Source: Balanoglossus misakiensis (lineage: Eukaryota > Animalia > Hemichordata). From it: a DNA stretch of 64,000 nucleotides. Position numbers and translations under genes: made by a program. The stretch spans positions 8,311,129-8,375,128 of the forward strand of contig CM082576.2 in NCBI GenBank assembly GCA_040954595.2. Direction: 5' to 3'. The number at the start of each line of letters is the position of its first letter. Position 1 is the stretch's first letter. The notes under the pieces were generated by a model. The model ran no database searches. It was not told where the DNA came from and was given only the letters and a program-made list of their open reading frames with translations. This document shows positions 30,574 to 45,470 of the stretch, in pieces.

Positions 30574-33500
30574 GTCTATAAAACTGAAGCTCAGATCACC
30601 GACAGTATATTACACGCACACTGCACCGCACCGTACGATCTCGGCTCGGCACTGCTAACAGTGTCTTCTCCACCTTCGGCGGCCCACAGCTGAGACACTC
30701 ACAGATATCGGCAGTGGTTGCTGGACGATCCAAAAACAATGGGGGAAAAGTACCAGTCGAGGCTCCGCTTGACTTACGCCCGGTTGCTCTGGAATCGTGG
30801 ACAGTCCCTAATCGCCCGACAACGAGGGTTATTTTTTCATAGAGCCAGTCCCCACGATGAAAGCAGAGCGTTCACTGTACGTCCACTTGATAGTAAATTG
30901 CTCCGAAGGCTATTCGGGGCATTTGATCGTTGTGTCGAATGGCATTGGAACAAACCGACACTCATGATTGGCTCTCGTGCGAGCTCGGTATACAAATTAA
31001 TTTGGGACGCCAGTCACCCTGTGCTCCTTGAAAACCCTGTCAACTGACTGATAAAGCGTGAAAACAAATCAATACTGACACCTATCTTTTGTGGTGCAAA
31101 TGGTGACAAACAGTGCCGTAGCTTTACTGATAGCACTTTGGCATAATAGACGTTCCAGCGGACATGATCGCTTCTCCCATTCATGGAGGGGAGAGAGAGA
31201 GAGAGAGAAAAAAAGCCGACCGCGTGATGATATTCGCTTTCAAACAGTCCTGTTGTATATCGCCCTCCAGTACTTCGTCATGCGTGCTTAGTTTTGTATT
31301 GTACACCGGTATGCGCGCTGCGCAGTGCCTACTCATTAAAAGCAACGATCGCATTCCTGTTCCGGAGCTGTGGCATGTACAGTGGTCATGCAGCAGACCG
31401 TTGTGGCCGCACACTTTGGGACGCGTCTGGACCACACAAAAGTGGTGTAGACCAAAGTGTATAAATAACACACGCGGTCACCCTCTTCGTTAGCCAAACT
31501 GAGGCCACTACTTCAATAATACTATTATCTTTCGGAGCACTTTTCCCCGTACGAACGCACATATACGCAAACATACGCACGCATGCACGCGCGCACGCAC
31601 GCGCATTCCCACACACGTGCATACATATGAGAGAGAGAGAGAGAGGAGAGAGAGAGACTGGCGAAATGAATATTTTATGCCATAATTTTTTTAATGTTAA
31701 CACATACACGTCATCTTTGTTTATCATCAATATTTCTAAGCCACTTTTTATTTTTAGAAATACAGAAATAGATTTTTTTCTGCTAAAACAAATCCGATGA
31801 TATTGATAATGCGTCCACAAGGCTGGCCCAGATAAATACCGCTGTCGTATGTGGGTATAGTACATGTCTTAAAATACGCGTACCGCGTGCTTGAAGGGAA
31901 ACTAAAAAAGAAAATTTACCTAAAATCTGCGCTGTGTTTAGGTCCTACCTTTCAGATAGATACCCCCCCCCCCCCCACGAAAGATGCGTAGAAAATGCAC
32001 GCGAAATGAGCTGGTTTCTCATTTGATATTAAATTTGTAAGAGAAGTTTTTCATCGCGCCCCTGCTTCTTTACCAAGTCCATCCCTTTATTATCTGCAAG
32101 TCCTCCTCGGTTTCTCTGCAGTTGTTAAATCACCCTCTGGAGTAGTAAGTCGAATTAAACAGGGTCTCCCGTCGCCACATATTATCGAAATGTCCTGCAG
32201 TATCATCGTCGACGATAAGACAACTCTTTAATAAAGCAAAAGTGGAAAGAGATAGTGCCACGCACGCTGTATTGAAAGTTCGGTTCAGCTGTCCTCACGG
32301 CGCGATTAATCAATCGGTATACATTCTGCGATTCCTTTAAATGCCAGGCTTTATTCTCGGTTGAGGTTAAGTACACGGCGTCTGACCTGCGCTGATAATA
32401 ACCCGAGTGACTGATACGGAATGCTCCCGCGGCTGCGCGGAGACTCTGTGCAATGATGATGATACATTGCGTGGAAAAAATGGCTTAAAGTATTCCGTCA
32501 ATGACAAACAACGATGATCCCGTTAGTTCCATTTTGTCGACACGTGTTCGATGTATTAGGCGCGCGCAACAACGCTATCCAATTCCTTCTTTTGAGGGAA
32601 CAGTCCAAGGTCCATCGTTATATTTAGTAGTTTATTGAATATTTCCATACGAGTTGAGTGAAATTGAATTTGAAATCACCAATATATGGCATACAAAATA
32701 TGACTGAACTTCACTTCGGCGCGAGACAGAGCCACCGCTGTTGGTTTTTCAAATTCTTTCGTTTGTTTTACTGCCTCTTCTGTTGAAGAACGACGTTAAT
32801 TTCTATCGTTTGAAAGCTATAATATCTACATTTTCACACAATGCTGATGATTTTGAATTCAAAACCACGCTCTCTGTCTCAACTGACTTTCTCCCCCTCT
32901 CCCCTCCTCGTACATATGATAATGTTTGTGAAGACAGTGGCAAAATGTCCTTGATATCTAAATTCCTCCGGAACCAAGAAGAAGACAGTGGATGACCTAC
33001 AAGACATATATGATCGAGACATTACATTTTATCAAGAATGAGAACCTTGATTTGATCAGTTAAAACAACAATGTAATGACTGCAATGCATCAGACATTAA
33101 ATAAAAATGAATAGCTAAATGGAATAAAAATTTATGATCTTATCTTGTTATGGAACATGGAATAATCCCACAGGACTAATCGAATCCACCTCCCACTCTA
33201 AATAAACAAATGAAACTTTTATATAGAAGTAACACAAGGTCGAATGGGAGACGCCGTAAAGAATGTACAGAACAAATTTATGAGAACTTAACAAATGAGC
33301 TTTTTAAACCTTTCCCGTGGAAATCAATATTTGGATTATAATCGTTTGAGAAAAATAAGACAAAGAGTTCCCATGCTTGACTGCTACAGCCGCATCGACG
33401 ACCTTTGTGATGGGCAATTCTGTGTCTAGCATTCGGTGTACAGAGATTGTCACTATAAGATGGCCGTGGACTCCGACAGGAATAGTTCGATGCACTTATC

Positions 33501-34875
33501 CATACCATTTTCAGTACTGTCTGTGATAAGCGCCCTCACCGTTGGATTATATGTGTGTGAAGTAAGCAGGGAATATTAATGGCACGAACTGTCGACCTGT
33601 GCCCGTTCGCTGATCTGAATTCCTTTCACACAAAACGGAGAAAAAAAGAAAAGAAACGCCAAATGAAATTGGAGAATTGCAAGCTTCTTGAAATGTATAG
33701 GATGTAATTCTTACATCGACCCCAGTAGTGCCCAAAGCGCATTTCAATCACACAAAAATTGCCAGGACCGACGAGTAAATCGGATGACAAATAGTTTGTG
33801 AGTGCAGTCACAATTTCCGCTATCAGCCGAATCCCATCAAATTATTTCAGGGTTTTTTCAAGAATGCTCGGTTTAAACCATTTCAGTTGGAGGCGTCGGA
33901 AAATTTTCCAATCTTATCCCGATTCCCTGAAATAACAAAAATAACAAATTATTTCCTCGCAACCTGGCATTTGGCCATTAAACATTCATTCGGGGGGATA
34001 TCCTCTGCGTCCCGCGAGGCAGCTGCAACGCGGCCGCGCCTTCCGCCTTATCGGCGTGGCAACAAAAGAAACACTCGCGATAGCAGGAATACAGAAAATG
34101 AGAAAACACCGCGAGCATTGTGGTCTGCGCACGCAAGAATTGATATCAGCAGTGAGGATTCCATTGTTGTCGGTTATATTAGGAAAACGAAAATGAGAGA
34201 CTATAAATATTGGATGCTATGAGCGGAATTTGATGGGACTAATCGCAGGAAGGTGTGACGCAACCGTTGCAGCAGAAAGCGTGACCGCTGGCTTCTGCTC
34301 TGAGTCAGTATGCAACCGGCACACTCACTGTGTCGGTACGTTGGTCTTTTCATTCGTTTCTCTCGTGGTTTGTGTTTCGCTACGCTGGTGGTTATGCACA
34401 TAATTCGTTCTCACTCGCCATGGATCCGACGCTGCGTTGCAGGAGTTTTTTATGTGTGCGCGGATCATTGAAATCAGGGGAGAGTGGATGGGAGGGGGTA
34501 GAGCTCGTGCTTTGGTAAATTGCAAATGTAGTTACGTCGAGGACGTAGGTTTCAATCCCAACACGCGCTGCAGTAGTTTCTTGGCGAATGACTTCGTTCA
34601 AAAGTCAAGGACTTTCATTTCATTTAATTTTATTTATAAAGCAAACCCGACCCCCTACCAACTCAGTGGCATGAAATTGAAACGAATATTAGAAAACATT
34701 AAAGCGTGATGAACTTATGAATCATGCTTCCGTTGTCAAAACTTGATTTACGCCTGCCGTCGGATGAAAGACACGAAATGCCGATGTATTGAAATGTGGC
34801 GTGTCATATCGGCCTAAAGCGGTTTTTCTCCGTTTCTTCCCGCCACCTGCTCTCCAGTGAGTATCGCAGTGTGCG

Positions 34876-34890
34876 GGGTCATCCGGGTCA
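34876..34890 (+). promoter_or_regulatory. nuclear receptor DR3 element
   Basis: GGGTCA-tcc-GGGTCA. Confidence 0.3.
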
Positions 34891-35958
34891 CTTTGCAGTC
34901 ACTGATCCGATGAGTCAACAACTAGTTCCGAGAACGTGTTTTCTGCTGCTTTCTGAACCTCTATTCTCCCTCAAAAGTTGTCAGTCCCGGGGGTGGCACT
35001 CCCAGGGAGAACGAGCGACCATGCTTGTTCCAGGGTTTTCCCAGTATGAGATGGATCGCCGGAGGCATTATCTGTCCAATGATCCTGTCTGGAGTTTGTG
35101 AAAAAACAGTTGTGAAGAAAGGTTGTTCGAGACAAAAAATGTATCCTCACAAACCACAGAAAGCAAAGCCGGTGGGTTGTGTGAGATGAAATTTACGCGG
35201 GAGGTGACGTCATCCGAGAAAATAAATAACACGGAACAACATGCGCATTAGGGATATATGACAAGTAGTGGTTTTGTTTGACCCATAACAACCCTTTTAA
35301 AGTAGAAGGTAAAGCCATTACCTGGGTTGGAAACGAAACATAAAATGATATTTAGGCTTATCTGTCATGTTTGTCAAACAGTAATCAATCACACGATAAT
35401 TCCAAAAACTTTTCAATTCCCTAATTGTACCGGCGTCTGTTGCAATTATACGTCGCTTTGAAATCGTGCTGGCGAATACACTGTCAACGTTTAGGGTAGG
35501 GACGTGTGACAAATCGGTCAATGACCGGGTAATGAAAAGCGGTAAGACGCAAACCGTTCTTCATTATTTTCTCAATGCAAGGACCACCGGTTTTCTCAGA
35601 AGCCGTGATAATACAAATTCGCCCGTCACGGTGTAGCTAGATCCGGAATACGTGCCAATCCTTTTTTCTACCTGTCAAAGGAAGCCGGCCTGAGACGTTT
35701 ACATGTACCAATACAATGACACAGCCTTGGAAACAGCGGTGTTTATGGAGCCCCGCTAAGACGTTTTCTGGCCGCCGTTCCTTTCACTCAGTGTGTGCCT
35801 CCGCCCGCCATTTGAGCTGAAGAATAACTCCAGTTTTAATGTTCACGGCGTCTTGATACGACACCACGCTGTGTTTCATATGCAAATTAGACAAATCAGA
35901 GCCATCTAAACCGACGGAACTCTGTGTAATGCGGCGTTATTGTCGCTACTTGAACACA

Positions 35959-35972
35959 AGGTCAAGAGTTCA
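35959..35972 (+). promoter_or_regulatory. DR2 retinoic-acid-response-element-like site
   Basis: AGGTCA-ag-AGTTCA, ~5.4 kb upstream of the SMOC ATG. Confidence 0.4.
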
Positions 35973-36984
35973 TATCACAAATTGAGCTTTTGTAATGCGG
36001 AATCATTGTGCCTGTCGTGTTTTCTAATATATCTACAGAAAAAATACTGGATATGATTATATTAGGCCTATATATAGCATACGATCGGATTGTAAAGATC
36101 CACTACACAAGGCCTGAAATCCTTCAATAAAAGCTAGCTGGTGATATACGTAGAATATTCTGAGAGAGCAGTACCATGGCATATATATGATTGTATATTA
36201 CTGAGGGTATTTTGCATGTGTACAACGAAGAAAGAAATCCATCTCTCTCATAAAAATAGTTTTTAAACGAAAATCCCAACCTCAATGGCCGAACTCACCG
36301 CCATCGTTTAAAAGCACGTGATCCGTGAACCAGTAAGAACCATGAAATTTTCGCGCCCTCTGCAGCTGTCCTTGACCGTGAGTTGGCTCACTAATACCGA
36401 CTATTTGGACAATTAGTATCTTGCCAACTTTTAAATAGCTTTCAACGATGAGACTTTTATACCGCCACTAATAAAACTTATGAATATTTGGATAGAAATT
36501 ACTTTGAAGATGGAACTTGTGAACCCGGTCAGAGACGAATTCAAGCGCTTAAGATACTAGTAAAGCATTGCTAAGTGGTTTAGTACTATAAGTATACATT
36601 ATGCATTTGAGATATCCAGTACATCAGCGATAGTTTCTGATAGCCATCACTCACCATTAGACCAAACCTGTGACGCACATCCACATTATTGATAATGACT
36701 GATTGAATGTCTTTCTCAAGCATTTTGTATATGTTTCAGTATCAGTGCCATTTACACCTATTTCAGATACAATCTTCCTACATAAAACCCCTTACAGACA
36801 GATGCAATGTTGGACGCCTTATCTATCTATTAGGCTTTGTAACACATTACATATTATTGTATTCTTCCAACTCCCCGAGGACTTAGGTGTTTTTGAGCGC
36901 AGGTTTAGTTTTGGATGGGATTCTGCAGTGTTTATACAAGATTCTTTATTCTGGAGTTCATCTACTCCAGTACATGTATTCAGA

Positions 36985-37042
36985 CTCGCCCCTTTGACCA
37001 TATATAGGCATACGTAAATTAGAGGTGACCGTATACCTTTAA
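36985..37042 (-). mobile_element. probable end of a TTAA-type non-autonomous DNA transposon (partner end not found)
   Basis: - strand reads TTAA-AGGTATACGGTCACC..., a TTAA plus purine-start terminus similar to the MITE at 52351; no matching inverted end located. Confidence 0.3.
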
Positions 37043-40000
37043 ATTTGACTTCAAAACTACTCATTGCTCCTCTTCGCAAAAACAAGTTGTCGATTTATAT
37101 AACGCTTGTTCTATAACCGTAAATCTGAAGGAATTGAGACTCGTTTCCCGTGGCAGGACTTTGACATAGATCGACGCATGCGCCCGACCTATCCACCTTT
37201 CAACACCCCAGTCAACATTCCAGCAGAAGGAAAGAGTTGGCAAAGTCGTGTGTATGCATTTCACTGGAAGGCCTTTGTCTGTGTCGGCTTTTCTCTGATT
37301 CTAGATCTATCAAGATTGATTACTACGAATCGGTGTGAATGTATATTCCGGCTAAATTTGGAAACGGAATTTCGCCATTTCGCGCGGTTCAGATCCGATA
37401 AATCGGTAGTTCCGAGGTGCGTATACACTACTGATAATTGAACCCTTACATCACACTCACGCCGTTCTCATTTATTTTTCGAGATGGTGGTGAGCCGGAT
37501 AAACGTAAAAGTCTGAGACTGCGCATACTCAGCGAGTGTCGACATTACCCGGAGATGTGTCTGTTCGAACACCTGCTCTGAACACCTTCAGATCAGCAGC
37601 CGACAATTTGTCGCCAGGAAAAGCAGATACACGTTTACAGTGTGAGCGTGCGCGCCATTTCCTCGCCAACAGCAGTTCCACCACTATTATATAATTAGAC
37701 CTTTGAACATTCGGCATAGTTCGAGTAAACAATTCATTGATCAGTGACACTTACTATCAAGTTAAGCGCTCATTTTCCCTCGAATTGATGAAAATGAGAT
37801 GTGAAATAGTGAAGATGCATTCATTGTGAATGCAAAATGTCGAATTTGTCAAAACCTTAAATTGTTACGTTAACTTAGCAAATGAAGAATGGGGCCACAA
37901 ATATTTTCAAAGACTTTCATACTATGTGAGTATGGTCATGAAACACTGAAAACACAGCATCTCTTCAATTTGCAATATAGTGAGTTGTCGACCTTTTTAC
38001 CCATAAGGCTAGTACATGTAGGATTAAATGCGATTTGACCCCACCCCCATACTATATAAGGAAGCTAGAATTGCAAAAACAAGAATGAGGTCAGCGGTTG
38101 GCAGCAGTTTGATAATAAGCCGTATTACTTAAAGTACGACGCTTTTGGTCACGAACAAAAATGGAATTATGCCATTAGTGCCGAAAAGAAATCCAATCGA
38201 TCCACCCTTAACTGTAATTGATTTATATTATTTCCAGCGCTCTCATCGGACTCCACAAGACGCGTCGGTAAATTGCGCCAACACGCGGTTGGATCGGAGA
38301 GTACGGCGGGTGCAATTTTCGCCTGTGCCACAACATGAATTAGTGTTGGCGCGAGTTGACTTTGAGGGTTCTTTAACTGAAATGGCGATAGTCTGTCTGC
38401 GATAGCACGTGAAATTTACGGCGAGCTTTGGAGAAGTAATCCAATATGAGGCTGTAAATGTTATAGCAATAAATAACCTGACTCTTGATTTTTTTTCTGT
38501 AAAAGCCGAAGATAATAACCCACGTGGCTCTGAAGGATTTGATTTGTTGGCGGCGGAGGTTTATGACCAATCCATAACATGCGGTAATTTGTGTGCATGC
38601 GATGTCGTACCGTTACCCTGCCCTGGGCACGTTTGTTTCCGGGTGGAAGGGCACTCTCTCGAATATCGGGGAATGTTTAGGACCTTATCTGAATACCTCT
38701 GAATGTAGATAAATGATCAACAAATTCTCGTGACTGTCTGTTCAGTATTGTTTTCATTTCAAAAAAATAGAATTCGACATCTGCAATTTGCCTGTGTATT
38801 TAACTACTTCGTATGGGAATATTAATAAGAAATGCTGACTCGAAAGGCTTTCCAATATAACTGCACTGTTTAGCTCCGATGTGCATCTCAGAAATATGAT
38901 CCAAATCCTAGAAATGTGTTAAGTTGAAACTCAGGAACTGCCATAATTTGTCCATATCATGACTTATGGTTAGTTTCGCCCCTTTAAACGAAGCTGAAGA
39001 GGATCGCGTTACTGGTATATTAAGTAGGATTTCATCAAAAGTGGTCACTGCAAACGGCGGTGGGTGATCCGGGGGCACCTATTAAACAATTTATCAAACT
39101 GTTTAAAGTCATTGCTTTTTTTCCTAAGTGGTTTCCCAGAATAGAAAGTGCGAGAATTAATACGTCAGTGCAGCGCGGTGACACATTCACAATATTTTTA
39201 TAACATTTTTCGTGGAATTCCAACCGCACAGAAACATAACGATAAAGGAAACACGGCGATTTTTCTCATCGCATAAAACGCTTTTGGGAATGAAAGGCGA
39301 TGGCAACTTCCCCTGCGTCGGCCACATGCATGCAACAATTGCGAGATAGGAACGGTTTTGCGTCAAAAGTATAACAAGCCACTGGTGGGTTCGAAAGGAT
39401 GTTGCAGAATTCAATATTCCGGCGGTGAGTCTACACCCAGGCCTTATACGTACTGACGACATCGCGCGTGTTGTTTACGAAAAAGTAAAAAGGTTCCCCC
39501 GTCGACAAGATAACGGTAAATCGTGGCACGCCCGATCTGACACAAAACAAATCATCGTTTGCGTGAGACTGTTGCCACGGATACCTTCAAGGCTGACGAG
39601 TCAATTAGCCGCAAGAGAAACGTCGCGAAATGGAAGGCATCGGAAACAAAATGTCGCCTGACGAAGAAACATATTTCTAGTTTCCAACACGTCTGAGTCA
39701 ATCACTTGTTTCTGTTACCGCGCTAATGGGTCTAGATTTGGCCATAAGACAAAAATAGAAGAGTACTTATCGCGCATTTAATAACAGAAATGGAAGACGT
39801 ATCATAGCCGGGACGATGTGCCACAAAGAACCCCGTGGCCTTATTAAGATGCGTGTGGCAGTGTAGGAGATTGTGTGCATGACGGTACAGTCCGGAGAAC
39901 CATAACTTTACAACATATATAACAAACATAACTTTACAACATAACAATACAATATCTTTCACTCTCTCTCCATCCATTTATCAATTCATCCAACCATTAC

Positions 40001-41060
40001 CATCCATATATCCACCACATAATCTCGACTGACATTGAATTTCACTTTCATCTTGAATTTCACTTAGGCCTACACATTATTCGCGTGGATTCACGCGCTC
40101 AAAATGCGCAACAGTCTCTGGGCGTAGCGGGAAAGTGTCCGCGCACCTGGCAACAACCTGTGAGAGTGTTCACCCCTTGTCAACCTCAAACCCGTATTGG
40201 AGTCGACCAGCCTCAGGTTACATGTACTAGTATATTATCTGGACTAACAAAGTGCCATTTGCTCCAGATCACCCTGCCGCGCGCTTCGTCGCACTACTGC
40301 CCTTTTCATCATAACGTGTACAAATCTTCACTTTCATTTGCGTTCCGCCGTTGATCTAGCGACATTTAATTTCCTCGTCGGTGCATTTACAACAAGTACA
40401 AGCGCACAAAGGCTGTCCTTTCAAGCTCTCGATATGATCCCAGTTTAGGCAAAATGACGGAAATAAAAAATGCATTTACGTGAACGGGCACAGTGTTCTT
40501 AATACGGTTCTTTAAGCAGGCAAATGTGACATGACACAATTGTGTTGGAACATTGTAATAAGCAGGGAGCTGTCATAATTTTTGGGTTCACACGCACATG
40601 CCATATTGATTTAGATCCAGACAACACACCCGTCCCCTACAGTAAATAGGGCAATGCGACACATTATATTGGAGCCATCAACAAGACATAAGACAAACGC
40701 CTGCTTTCTGTCATGTTTCGTGTCACGTGGTTATTTTTGTCGAGTCGCCTACTTTTTTCAAAAGATGTGTCACCAATCGTGATAAATTTACCCCCCCCCC
40801 CTTCGAAAGAAGCGATTTATATCTACCGCGGTGACGGCTATGACGTACACACGAATAAGGCTGTGTATCGATGCAAAATCGCCGTGCAGTCTCCCTCTGT
40901 CGACGACTTCATCTTGTTATAACCCAGCATAATTATTCTTTTCGCGATTTCTATTTTGTCGAGCCTGGTGTCACTACAGTAAACCCTGGACTCAGCCTGG
41001 TCTGTAAATTTAGACGGTTTTGCATGTAATGCACCTTCACAAGCAGAGACATTTTTTCAT

Positions 41061-41559
41061 ATGCAAATAAGGTAACAGTTAGTGTTGAACATGCGCATTT
41101 TCCACTTATCGCTTGGCTTTCTCATGCAAATTAAAATGCGCATGTTCTCTCTCGGTTGCAAATTCTTATTCTCTCGCCCAATTAACGCTAACCACTCCTG
41201 CCTTTCTCGGCCTAAACACAAACCAATTTTCTTTTATTCGTCCGACAGAGTCGGAAGCGACCCTCAGCAATTGTGACATATGTGCTCAAGTACATGTACC
41301 AGTTTCAATTTTTTTCTTTCCATACGCCATAACTTCGGGCATATAAAGTTACTATACCACGACTCCGAAATTTGCACGGTCTGAGCATGACAGCGTGTCT
41401 TCTCGGACAAAGGGAATTTTAGCGCTCGCTTTGCAGTCATTAATAACGCGAGAGATGTCGTTGGCAGTAATGATCAACATGAAAATGACCCACTTATAAT
41501 TATTGAGTAGTTTACGAAACGTGTGATGATGACATGATTGCATGCCTCGATATGCAAAT
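41061..41559. promoter_or_regulatory. POU octamer cluster (candidate enhancer)
   Basis: perfect ATGCAAAT at 41061, 41124 and 41552, plus a 1-mismatch site at 41018. Confidence 0.45.
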
Positions 41560-42442
41560 TTCCAGTCATGGTGTCAAAATCTAATAAAATTGCGTTTGGC
41601 AAGCTTACTGTTCATCGGTGGCGGCCAACAGTGCGTCCACTGATATCCCCAGCTAAAGCAAAAAGGAAGGTCAAGAGAGAGAGAGAGAAGACTTAAAGCA
41701 AAGTTTCAGCGCCAATTTAGCCTTTCCAACCTTAAAATAGACTGACGTAACCGTCTTATATTCATATCCTTCCCTGTGCTTCCCATCCCACACACAAAAT
41801 CATCAGTATTTGACTTTTTTATATTGTGCCAATTTCCAACTCTGCTGGAAAGATTTGATTCGTTGATTTCTTGAATGAAGGTAGCGATATCGCCTATTTT
41901 CCTTCCAAATGACCTTTCCCCTGAACAAAGCCAGAATAAATTACATGGACGCCACACGGCAAAATGACTTTAATTTTCGTTAGAAAATGTCCTTCAGATG
42001 CATTCCAGTTTCCACTCATCAATAGTCGAATAACTCTGAAAAGAAGCCATTGAGCCCTCGATCATTATGTCAAGAATTGGAGCGCTCAGCATTTATTTAT
42101 CACCAATTATTTCTTATCGGAAAGGCCATGCTTCCATCCAGCGTAATAAGCGTTTCATTTTTTTATTTTGAAAAAGAAGAGAGAATGTTTTCTCTGCGTA
42201 TAAACGAAAAGCAACGTGACGAGGTTACAAGTCAGGCACGAAACTGCATATCGCATTTTCCTGGCGACGCGTTGTGTTCTTGTTAGACTTAATTACAATA
42301 AACGATTTTAGTTCGGTCTTTTTGTGAATTTTGTGCAGAAATTTCCGGCTGATTTTATGTTTGAAATAAACAAGAAAATGCATTCATTGCCTCGATGAAA
42401 ATCTATGGAAGCGAAATGAATCGTTAAGTTAACGTATTTCAT

Positions 42443-42513
42443 ATCGAAATATTGACAATATTCCACGTCGCAATATTTACAATCATAGTATTCAATATCG
42501 CAATATTTACAAT
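42443..42513. repeat. short degenerate tandem repeat (~25-30 bp period)
   Basis: tcgaaatattgacaat / tcgcaatatttacaat / tcgcaatatttacaat. Confidence 0.7.
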
Positions 42514-45424
42514 AAAATACACCAAACATTCACTTCATGTGTCATTATCAAACAAAAAGGATGGACGCTTTTAAAAATGATAAATAGAATGTTCCGTATT
42601 ATATTCCTGTAAAGTTTCTTAATAAACCAGCGTGAAACAGAAGTGGGCCCGATACGGGGTACGCCGGGAAGACGTCATTCCTGTCAACATATCTCATTAT
42701 TTTCCCAGTTTCACGACGAATTATCGAGAGAAATCTATTTACACGATCTGCATTGAAAACACAATCCGTCTGTGGTGTTCCCGGTTGTGTACCCTGCAAA
42801 TTTATCCATTTCCTGTCGCTATAATTATTGCCGTGACTGTTTTTTTCACTATACACGTAATTAATCAGGCCGACCCCTCATTATTGTGAATGGTGAACTA
42901 TATAATTAGTGTTCGAAAATGGTTCGCCGATGCGATGTAGAACTTGAAGTCGGCTCCGGCATTTTACGCGTGAATGTAACTCAAGGATTCCACCCTTGTC
43001 ATCTGCAAGTCGGTAATTTAAAATTTCTCAGACATTAAAAAAAACACGAATCAAAATTTGCTGTTTTCAGGTACCCGGTGCGCGAGGCAGCATGTTATGT
43101 TGCCCTTGGAGTCCGATCTTTCCCTGCATTTGTTGGTGGTGGACACTACCATGACGTCACGCATAGCAACCAATCACATCCGAGGACGCTAATGACTGTC
43201 ATTTTTTTCGCGAATGCATCTCTCCCGCACACCTGTGCCCATATATCGGGGATAAATCGTGGGTATTTTTTCCCCAGAAAATGATCCTCGCGCGACTGTC
43301 GATTGATTGTCACTTGTTTCGCTAAATTACCCTCAAGGAATCGAAATTTATTTCTTCTTGAAATTCTACGTACGTATGAACAAAATTTATTGGTCGTCTA
43401 GAAATTATAACTTTCATTTTTTGTACGAAGAAAAAAATTGCCACACATGATCACCGACGGTTAAGGCAGCTGGAAAAACACATTTCGACGCATGCGCAGT
43501 GAACGTTCTTACCTGCTTTTACTGGACACGGGTAATGAATAATTTACATCTCGTAAGATACAACTATTCTTCACGCGATAGAAGCAATGGATGACAGTGT
43601 TTCAGGGAGAACGATGAAAACCCGGCGTCTTTACGGATTAACACCGGCCTACCGACTCTAGGAGATATAATATGTCGACGAGACGCGACCGAAGAGAAAA
43701 CGCTGACACTCTGGAAATTCTAAGGACCTAAAATATTCGCATCACTCGACAGCAAAAATGCCAACTTCACGGAAGGGACTTGTCGCGCCGCAGAATACCT
43801 TTCTCGAGAGTATCATACGGAGATCAAACGTGCAACGTAAGTATCTCCATATCGGTGTGTTCTAGTGTATGTGTGTGTGTGTCGCGGCGTCGGCAGTTCA
43901 CTCGAATCTGTCATGTAGAAAGGCAACACGCCTTCTTCGTGTTATTGTTAGATCAATCGAGAGAATCCGCACGACAAGCGGGCTGCATCATTGCTATAAA
44001 TGAGCTCCGTTTCTTATCTTCGCGTTTTTATGTGCACGTTATCGATTTTCTCCCCCGTATACCCTAGCTCTTTTCTCCCCAATTTCGCGAGCTTACACAG
44101 CCGTTTATTGTCGCGACATGGAGGAGATGTACTGCGAGCGCACTAAAAGCGAGACCTTCACTCCAAGGGTCGACGATTTCTTTGCCGCGCTCTAAAATGT
44201 CGCTTTCTCTCCGCATTTTCAATTCCGCGACATGAACAAGCGCCATTTCAATGACAAGACTGCGAGACACAGGGTAGCTTCCTCACCGCCCCGACTCCCG
44301 ACCCCGGGCAAATTGATGGATTAATTCCATAATTTGCCCGAGCACATACATTTTCCACCCCACAAAGATCGCTTTTTTAAAAGTTATTGACTGCCTCACA
44401 TCTGTCGTTCTATTTTCTACCGTTTTCTTGTCGTGTTATCATCTCCGTGATATACGGAATCGCTGAATTGAGCCCCGATGCACGGGCGGTGTTGAGGGAT
44501 ATACACGCATCTCTGGAACCCGATCAATTATGAGTGGATTAAAGCTGCAAATTGCTTGTAACAGCTCACGCCTGAATTTTTATAACGAGAAAAAAGACCG
44601 CCTAAATGATGAGTAGACCCTATAGATTATTCTATAGTGTATAATCATACTGCAATAAATTCACAATAAAGAATATTTTACAGTGAAGGTCGTTTATAAA
44701 GTAAACAGCTTCAACGTAATTTCTGTACCAGTCATGAAGAAGGACTATCGATTTTCTCCCTCATAATTTTTTATTTAGATTACGATATTTTTTCGCAAAA
44801 ATAGATATATAATTGTAACCGTCTCTGAAAGAATTCTCATGAATACGAATACAATGGCTTACGCTGGCTTCGACCGCTGCAATTAGTGATGATACGGGCG
44901 CGCTTAATTATACAATGCAAAAATAATTCACAAGTACGCGTGTTGTGTGAAAGGGGGCACAATGCACGCCAATGGCTACCAGTATATGCAACGTTATTGA
45001 CCCACTCACACAAAGGGCAATTTGGAATGTGACGTATTATATTGCTAAACTACCGAACGATTCTCTGAGTGTAAGCTAAAACATATAGCAGGGGTAGCAT
45101 CATGGTTCGGTATCGAGAATGATCTTGTGTGGCCCCTTCTCCATCAATGCGTTTTAACGAACACGCATCACAGTTACATTTCGTAATTTACTAAAAGGCG
45201 GTCAGTGTCGACGAGGGAGTCTGCAACCCGTCATACCGCAATGCGAAGCGGTAGAACACGGATCTGCTTGTTGTAGTTACTCCCATGATTTCCGTTATTG
45301 TGTTTTCGTGAGACATTGGCTGTTTAGATCATACACTCTCACCTGGATGCTCACTAACGTTTTTGGTTTTGGGTTTTTGGTGAATTCCTGCTGTTTACAA
45401 TATGCCATACGGAAAGACACAGAA

Positions 45425-45470
45425 AGTCAGTCAGTCAGTCAGACAGACAGACAGACAGACAGACATACAT
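45425..45470. repeat. (AGTC)n(AGAC)n compound tetranucleotide microsatellite
   Basis: agtcagtcagtcagtcagacagacagacagacagacagacatacat. Confidence 0.9.

Noticed and set aside
37106-38702. Protein-looking ORFs 37106-37441 and 38409-38702
   Set aside because: Non-ATG starts, no family motif, no linked exons.
42443-42513. Repeat-spacer-like pattern suggestive of CRISPR
   Set aside because: Only three short degenerate copies in a eukaryotic context, with no cas genes.
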